DNA of 64,000 nt from Desulfatiglandales bacterium (GTDB taxonomy: Bacteria > Desulfobacterota > DSM-4660 > Desulfatiglandales > HGW-15): positions 1,152,001 through 1,216,000 of the forward strand of contig CAXXJJ010000001.1 in the NCBI GenBank assembly GCA_963667015.2, given 5' to 3'. Below are positions 58,600-64,000 of this stretch, in pieces. Below the pieces are notes generated by a model that worked only from the letters and a program-made list of their open reading frames with translations, made no database searches and was not told the DNA's origin. Position 1 is the stretch's first letter. Each line of letters opens with the position of its first letter. Both the position numbers and the translations under genes were made by a program.

Positions 58600-59520
58600 A
58601 TGAAAGATAATTGTGAACCGGAAATCAATCCTCAAAATGTTGCCCAGATCCAAAAGGTTACCTGGGGAGGTATGATAGTAAACATACTCCTGGCAGGAAT
58701 AAAACTCCTGGTCGGAATTATGGGTTCAAGCCAGGCGGTTGTGGCAGATGCAGTACATAGCCTGTCTGATATGACAACCGATATTGCGGTGCTGTTTGGT
58801 GTTAAATTCTGGTCTGCCCCGCCGGACAGCAGCCACCCCTATGGCCATCAGAGAATAGAGGAACTGGTGACTGTTGCCATCGGCCTGGTGCTTGGGGCTG
58901 TTGCCATAGGCCTTGCCTATAATTCAGTTACCACAATACATCAAAAACACATGAAGACCATTGGCTGGGTGGCCCTGTCAGGACCGGTTTTATCAATCAT
59001 CGGTAAAGAGATCCTCTACCGCTGGACTGTTCATGTGGGAGAAAGGGTTAAATCATCGGCTGTTATTGCAAATGCATGGCATCACAGGTCCGATGCCCTG
59101 AGCTCCATACCTGCCCTGGTTGCGGTTGTGATTGCAGCGCTCTATCCGGACTGGGGATTTGTGGATCATATCGGAGCAGTATTAATTGCCTGCTTTATCC
59201 TCAAGGTATCATGGGATATTATCATCCCCGCAGTTAAGGGGTTGATTGATACCGGGGCATCTGTCAGGACCCAGGCGCTTATCAGGATGCTGGCAACAGG
59301 CGTAAATGGCGTAAAGAGCGTCCATGCAATCAGAACGCGAAAATTCGGATCACACCTTTATATTGACCTCCATATCCTGGTTGAACCTGAACTCACTGTG
59401 CGCACCGGGCATAAGATATCCGAGGATGTCAAGGAACAGCTCCTCAACAACGGCCCGGAGGTCATGGATGTTGTTGTACACCTCGAACCCTTTGATGACG
59501 AAAACAGACGTGTTGAGTAA
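58600..59520 (+). CDS. Cation diffusion facilitator (FieF-like) transporter
   Basis: ADAVHSLSD, HPYGH, AWHHRSD and VVVHLEP. Confidence 0.92.
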   Translation: MKDNCEPEINPQNVAQIQKVTWGGMIVNILLAGIKLLVGIMGSSQAVVADAVHSLSDMTTDIAVLFGVKFWSAPPDSSHPYGHQRIEELVTVAIGLVLGAVAIGLAYNSVTTIHQKHMKTIGWVALSGPVLSIIGKEILYRWTVHVGERVKSSAVIANAWHHRSDALSSIPALVAVVIAALYPDWGFVDHIGAVLIACFILKVSWDIIIPAVKGLIDTGASVRTQALIRMLATGVNGVKSVHAIRTRKFGSHLYIDLHILVEPELTVRTGHKISEDVKEQLLNNGPEVMDVVVHLEPFDDENRRVE

Positions 59521-59527
59521 CTAAAGA

Positions 59528-60211
59528 TCACTCAAACAGGTAGCATGGAAACCGGTCTTCGGGAACCAGCGGTTTCTTCTTCCTTTTAAGCGCCTTCATA
59601 AGCCTTACGAAATTGGGAAGGGTCTCATTGACTATAAGTACCGGGCTGCCTGCTCTTTCAATAAAGCTTTTCATTGCCCTCATGGTTTCACTTGTATAGA
59701 CACAGAAACATGCAACAGCCAGGTCAACATCCGGTATATCCATTGATCCGTAGCTTCCGGGCAAAGTTTCAAAGTTGTTTATGTTGTTCTCCCTGAGCTG
59801 TCTGGCGCAGTAATCAAGGGCAACAGGCGCAAGATCATTGATATACAGTTTTTTAGCCATGCTGCCTATTACAACTGTTTCGGCACCGATCCCTGCACCC
59901 ACGATAAGGATATCCCTGTTCTCAAGAAGTTCAGGTATCTCATATAAAAAACCGCAGAACTCCTGAGTAAGCCCCCATCTCTGATCATAATATACGTCTA
60001 CCCCGGATTTTATCTCACCGAGTATGTCTTTCTCCACTCTGGGGTGATCAAGGTCGAGAAGTTTAAATTTATTGTTGTTAAAACTATGTGTTGTCCATAT
60101 AGATCGGGCATGATTATCTCCTCTACTCCATCTGTATAGATATTGTTTTCCACCCTGTAAAAAGCCCCGACACCCGAACCGTCTTACCAAAAAGGTTGTT
60201 GATTTTTTCAC
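59528..60211 (-). CDS. Class I SAM-dependent methyltransferase
   Basis: ILIVGAGIGAE and YINDL; start codon uncertain. Confidence 0.65.
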   Translation of the reverse strand: MKKSTTFLVRRFGCRGFLQGGKQYLYRWSRGDNHARSIWTTHSFNNNKFKLLDLDHPRVEKDILGEIKSGVDVYYDQRWGLTQEFCGFLYEIPELLENRDILIVGAGIGAETVVIGSMAKKLYINDLAPVALDYCARQLRENNINNFETLPGSYGSMDIPDVDLAVACFCVYTSETMRAMKSFIERAGSPVLIVNETLPNFVRLMKALKRKKKPLVPEDRFPCYLFE

Positions 60212-60267
60212 TTGAAAATCGTCAATTTAAACAGGGTGTTACTTTTTTTGAATCAGTAAAATGAATA

Positions 60268-60385
60268 TGGCATGGACTTTGCCTTATAGTATTTCAATTA
60301 ACATCCGCTTGGAAGTGACGGATGTCTTCGGCTGGTGACCGGTGAAAACCCCATTAAGTATCCGGTTGCCGGCCGATTTTTTTTA
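60268..60385 (+). ncRNA. Candidate sigma-54-dependent small RNA (promoter, two hairpins, terminator)
   Basis: TGGCATGGACTTTGCC promoter; ACATCCG...CGGATGT hairpin; TCGGCTGGTGACCGG...CCGGTTGCCGGCCGA plus T8; no plus-strand ORF follows. Confidence 0.5.
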
Positions 60386-60402
60386 TATTCCTTTTCTGAA
60401 TG

Positions 60403-61213
60403 TTAATGGCGGGTTCTGTTTCTGATCATTGCAACGGTGGCAAATCTTCCTGTCACTCCTTCACCCCGGTATGAGTAGAAGATATCAGTTCTGCACTTTG
60501 TGCAGATGCCTGCCCTTTCGATATTATCAGCTGAAAGTCCGGCGTTGGTAAGCTGCATTTCGCTGATAGCCCAGAAGTCGAAATTAAATTCACCCTTCAT
60601 GTATTTCTGAAAGTGCTCGGGAAATATTTCCCTGTAGGTTGTGAATTCCGCACAGCAGTGCCCCAGAGAAGGGCCTATTGCCGCAATGATATTACCCGGA
60701 GAGCAACTGAAGTCCTGTTCCATTCTTTTTACTGTTTTACCGAGGATATTTTGTACGCTCCCCTTCCAGCCTGAGTGAACTACCGCAACAACCGGTTTCT
60801 TCCGGGTCAAACAGTATAACGCCCTGGCAGTCTGCCTGTTTCACCATGATGGCGACTGACGGAATATTAGTTATAAGTGCATCGGCATCAAATACCTTTT
60901 CGTGTCCTGCTTCTTTATTAGTCTCACTGAGGGATATGACCCTGCTGCCATGCTGCTGGTTCATGTGAATGAGCCTGTCAGCTCCGGTATTTTCAAGCAT
61001 AAGCGCAAGGTTCCGGTCAACACAGGAAGGATCGTCATTCACCGAATAGCTTATATTAAGGCTTTTATAGGGGTGATCACTGAATCCGCCGCTGCGGGTA
61101 TAGATCCTGTGGCACAGTGAGTTATATTTCAGCAGCCCGGAGAAGCAGTAATAAAATGGTTCTCCGGGTTTGGTTTCATCTGTTATTCGATTATTTTTAT
61201 TGAATGGCTGCAT
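60403..61213 (-). CDS. pgeF: PgeF/YfiH (laccase-domain) protein, split by a frameshift at ~60800
   Basis: SLNIS, QQHG, ADALIT and ADCQGVILFD in one frame; HSGWKG, IGPSLG.CC, ICT and FYSYR in the next. Confidence 0.85.
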
Positions 61214-61450
61214 AGGAGATAGACGTATAGAATACTTGAGGGTCCGGGTAGATACCAAAACGACACAAACTGCCTTACTTACCGCTGCTTCCTTCCGGAC
61301 CTGACGGGGTTCATAAGCGTTTGTCACGCATGGTCCACCCGGACCCGCAAATATTCTAGGACATCATAAATCTTTTCTCGATCCCGGGCTATTAACCCCT
61401 TTTGACGGATTCGGGTGAAGGGTACCGCAAACTCCCCATTCAGCTGGACC
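61205..61450 (-). ncRNA. ffs: SRP RNA, large type with Alu-like 5' domain
   Basis: Minus strand contains the helix-8 motif CAGGTCCGGAAGGAAGCAGC within a long stem (GCGGGTCCGGGTGGA/TCTACCCGGACCCTC), plus the 5' segment GGGGAGTTTGCGGTACCCTTCACCCGAATCCG. Ends are approximate. Confidence 0.88.
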
Positions 61451-61466
61451 AGGACTTTATCTTAGA

Positions 61467-61745
61467 TTAAGAGATATCGACTCTTTCTTTGAGTTCTTTG
61501 CCGACCTTAAAAAACGGGAGTTTTTTGGGTGCAACATTAATGATCTCACCTGTTTTAGGATTCCGGCCCTGATAGCCGTCATATTTCTTGATCTTAAAGC
61601 TGCCAAAACCTCTGATTTCTACCCGTTCTCCATTCGCGAGTGCCTTTTCCATGTCACCAAAGACCGTGTTGACCACTTCTTCGGCCTTTTTCAGCGCCAG
61701 GTTTTCCTCTTTAGCTAGGGCTTCAATAAGTTGTGACTTGTTCAT
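61467..61745 (-). CDS. ihfB: Integration host factor beta / HU-family protein
   Basis: MNKSQLIEAL, VEIRGFGSF, GRNPKTG and PFFKVGKELKERV. Confidence 0.85.
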   Translation of the reverse strand: MNKSQLIEALAKEENLALKKAEEVVNTVFGDMEKALANGERVEIRGFGSFKIKKYDGYQGRNPKTGEIINVAPKKLPFFKVGKELKERVDIS

Positions 61746-62115
61746 AAATCTCCTGTTTTTAATATCTTCATATTTATTAGCAACAACCTTAAGTTTCTGA
61801 TCTGAGAAAAGATTAGACTTGTATTTGAAAGTACCCAAGATAAATAATCAAAAACCCTAAGTCAAGACTTACTTGCCTGATTTTTTTAATAAATATTTCT
61901 TTCTCAGTTAAAAACCGAAAGAAAATACTGAATTTTTTTCAGGATATCAAGTATCTTTGTCATAAAAAATCTATCGGAGCATTCCTTACAGGGTAAATTT
62001 CTTGATATTTCCGGCCCCTTTGATATAACACCGGATGCTTTCACATTTAATATAATATTACCGGCAGCAGGCTGGATCAAATCCCTTCCTTCGCCGTCAA
62101 TATGAGGAAATATAA

Positions 62116-63213
62116 ATGAAAAAACTGACAACAGAAAAGATTGAAAGGCTTATTCCATATCCACCGGGTAAACCCATTGAGGAGCTTGAGAGAGAACTGG
62201 GAATCACCGGGTCCATCAAACTCGCCTCAAACGAGAATCCTATCGGTCCTTCACCCATGGCAGTAAAAGCCATACTTGATAATGTAAACAGGCTTCACAG
62301 GTACCCTGATGGCAGCAGCTATTATCTAAAGGAAAAGATATCCTCTATCTTTGGTTTGCCCATGGAAAGGATTATTACCGGAAACGGCTCAAACGAATTG
62401 ATCGAACTTACTATCAGATCGTTTTTATCTCCGGGGGATGAGGTAATACAGGCCTTTCCAACCTTTCTTGTTTATGAAAAAGTTGTTAACGGGGCAGGAG
62501 GAGAACTGGTATCTGTTAATCTTAGGGATTTCAGGATCAGTCTGGATGATATAAAAGAGGTAATTACTCCAAATACGAAGATAATTTTTGTCAATAATCC
62601 TAATAATCCCACCGGGACAGGTATTTCAAAGGAAGAGATGCTGGATTTTATGAAATCGGTTCCGGAAGATATTATTGTGGTTCTTGATGAGGCATATATA
62701 GAATTTTCATCAGAAAAAACAGCAAAAGGAACGGACCTACTGAATGAGCGTGACCGGCTGATAGTTATGAGAACATTCAGCAAATTATACGGCCTTGCAG
62801 GATTGAGGGTTGGTTACGGATTTTCATCAGCGGAGATTGTCGACTATATAAACAGGGTCAGGCAGCCTTTTAATTCCAATCTCCTGGCCCAGGCTGCCGC
62901 TATTGCAGCACTTGATGACATTGATTTTGTCACAAAAACACTCAACATGGTAAAAGACGGGCTCAAATATCTATATGAAAAGCTTGATGAAATGGGGCTT
63001 GAGTATCTGCCCACGGAAACCAATTTTTTTCTCATAAAGGTTCCCACAGGGGGGAAAAATATTTACCAGCGTATGCTGAGGGAAGGTGTTATAATCCGTT
63101 CAATGGAGAGTTACGGGCTTGGAGATTATATCAGGATCAACGTAGGTCTCCCTGAAGAAAACGAAAGATTTATCAGCAGCCTGAAAAAGGTGATTGACAG
63201 CCTCGATAAGTAA
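62116..63213 (+). CDS. hisC: Histidinol-phosphate aminotransferase
   Basis: KLASNENP, RYPD, GNGSNE, NPNNPTG, DEAY and RTFSKLYGLAGLRVGY. Confidence 0.95.
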   Translation: MKKLTTEKIERLIPYPPGKPIEELERELGITGSIKLASNENPIGPSPMAVKAILDNVNRLHRYPDGSSYYLKEKISSIFGLPMERIITGNGSNELIELTIRSFLSPGDEVIQAFPTFLVYEKVVNGAGGELVSVNLRDFRISLDDIKEVITPNTKIIFVNNPNNPTGTGISKEEMLDFMKSVPEDIIVVLDEAYIEFSSEKTAKGTDLLNERDRLIVMRTFSKLYGLAGLRVGYGFSSAEIVDYINRVRQPFNSNLLAQAAAIAALDDIDFVTKTLNMVKDGLKYLYEKLDEMGLEYLPTETNFFLIKVPTGGKNIYQRMLREGVIIRSMESYGLGDYIRINVGLPEENERFISSLKKVIDSLDK

Positions 63214-63214
63214 T

Positions 63215-63901
63215 ATGGCGAAGGATCTGGAACACATGAAAAAACCCGTAATAACCATTGACGGTCCGGCCGGGGCAGGAAAGAGCACCATAAGCCGTTT
63301 GCTGGCTAAAAAAATGAACCTCGTCTATCTTGATACCGGGGCAATGTACAGGGCCGTGGCGCTCCAGGCCAAAAGGATGAATATACCCTTTTCCGATGGA
63401 AAGGCCCTCTTTGAAATGTGTGAAAATATCAATATACATTTTAAGGGAGATGGGGAAGACTCTGTCATCTGCATTAATGACGAGGATGTTTCAAAGGAAA
63501 TCAGAATGCCCGAGATGGACATGCTTTCCTCTTCTGTTTCAGCGGTAGCTGAAGTACGAACGGCCATGACTGCCCTCCAGCGTAAAATTGGGAGGCACGG
63601 CGGTCTTGTTGCTGAAGGCAGGGATATGGGCACGGTGGTATTTCCTGATGCGGATTTTAAGTTTTTTATTACGGCCTCTCCGGAAATAAGGGCCCAGAGA
63701 CGATATAAGGAAAGAATAGACAGGAATGAAAATGTTAACAGGGAGGATGTGGAGGCAGATATCCGGAAACGGGATGAACAGGACCAGTCAAGAAAACTTG
63801 CTCCTTTAAAACCCGCTGAGGATGCTGTCATGCTGGATACATCCGAAATGGATATAAAACAGGTTCTTGAAAAAATAGTTGCTTCCACTGATAGTTTCTG
63901 A
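63215..63901 (+). CDS. cmk: Cytidylate kinase
   Basis: IDGPAGAGKST, LDTGAMYRAVA and EGRDMGTVVFPDA. Confidence 0.96.
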   Translation: MAKDLEHMKKPVITIDGPAGAGKSTISRLLAKKMNLVYLDTGAMYRAVALQAKRMNIPFSDGKALFEMCENINIHFKGDGEDSVICINDEDVSKEIRMPEMDMLSSSVSAVAEVRTAMTALQRKIGRHGGLVAEGRDMGTVVFPDADFKFFITASPEIRAQRRYKERIDRNENVNREDVEADIRKRDEQDQSRKLAPLKPAEDAVMLDTSEMDIKQVLEKIVASTDSF

Positions 63902-63965
63902 TATTTAAACAGGTTTAAGAAAATCCAAATTACTAGGATAAATTATTCAGGGGGTATTTAGTTTA

Positions 63966-64000
63966 ATGGACAAACCAACAGACAAAATTTTAGACGGCAG
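63966..64000 (+). CDS. Start of the next ORF (possibly rpsA by usual synteny), truncated by the window edge
   Basis: ATG at 63966 downstream of cmk; only 11 codons are visible, so identity is not established. Confidence 0.3.
   Translation, partial: MDKPTDKILDG

Noticed and set aside
61205..61450. 6S RNA
   Set aside because: The SRP helix-8 motif CAGGTCCGGAAGGAAGCAGC identifies it as SRP RNA; the ORF-track extension to 61327 overlapping it is spurious.
61904..62131. 75-aa minus-strand ORF between ihfB and hisC
   Set aside because: It overlaps the hisC start and the divergent promoter region and has no motif support.
1..64000. Numerous 60-200 aa ORFs antisense to or overlapping the called genes
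   Set aside because: They are shadow frames of well-supported genes, with no recognisable motifs.
1..64000. CRISPR array, prophage, rRNA or integron integrase
   Set aside because: No regularly spaced repeat-spacer array, phage structural genes, rRNA or tyrosine recombinase were seen.

Overview
This 64-kb window is bacterial chromosome, most likely from a sulfate-reducer-like Desulfobacterota member. That assignment is inferred from the orange-protein (orp) cluster, the Cys/His-lid adenylate kinase, selA and several sigma-54 promoters. In order it contains: (1) a 1692-aa dikinase with glucan-water-dikinase-like domain order, followed by a MaeB malic enzyme whose catalytic residues are systematically replaced, and a Kef-type antiporter; (2) a TonB receptor/DUF4198/CbiL-like metal-uptake operon ending in a signal-peptide-bearing tetrapyrrole-methylase homologue; (3) a 12-gene ArsR-led arsenic/redox/sulfur-transport cluster; (4) adk, a sigma-54 promoter plus c-di-GMP-I riboswitch before a secreted FN3 protein, tRNA-His, selA, a GmhA homologue with DiaA-like substitutions, ispF, frameshifted cysS and uvrB; (5) an expanded orp cluster with its sigma-54 activator; (6) an 11-kb run of co-oriented, unrelated accessory genes with attC-like vestiges, a RAYT remnant, VapBC, an intact IS1182-family element and a divergent purM; (7) HAD/CDF genes, a candidate sigma-54-dependent sRNA, frameshifted pgeF, a large Alu-domain SRP RNA, ihfB-like, hisC and cmk. 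The best candidates for an undescribed system are the dikinase + rewired-MaeB pair and the exported tetrapyrrole methylase in the TonB operon. All family calls come from motif recognition by eye; no database searches were run.
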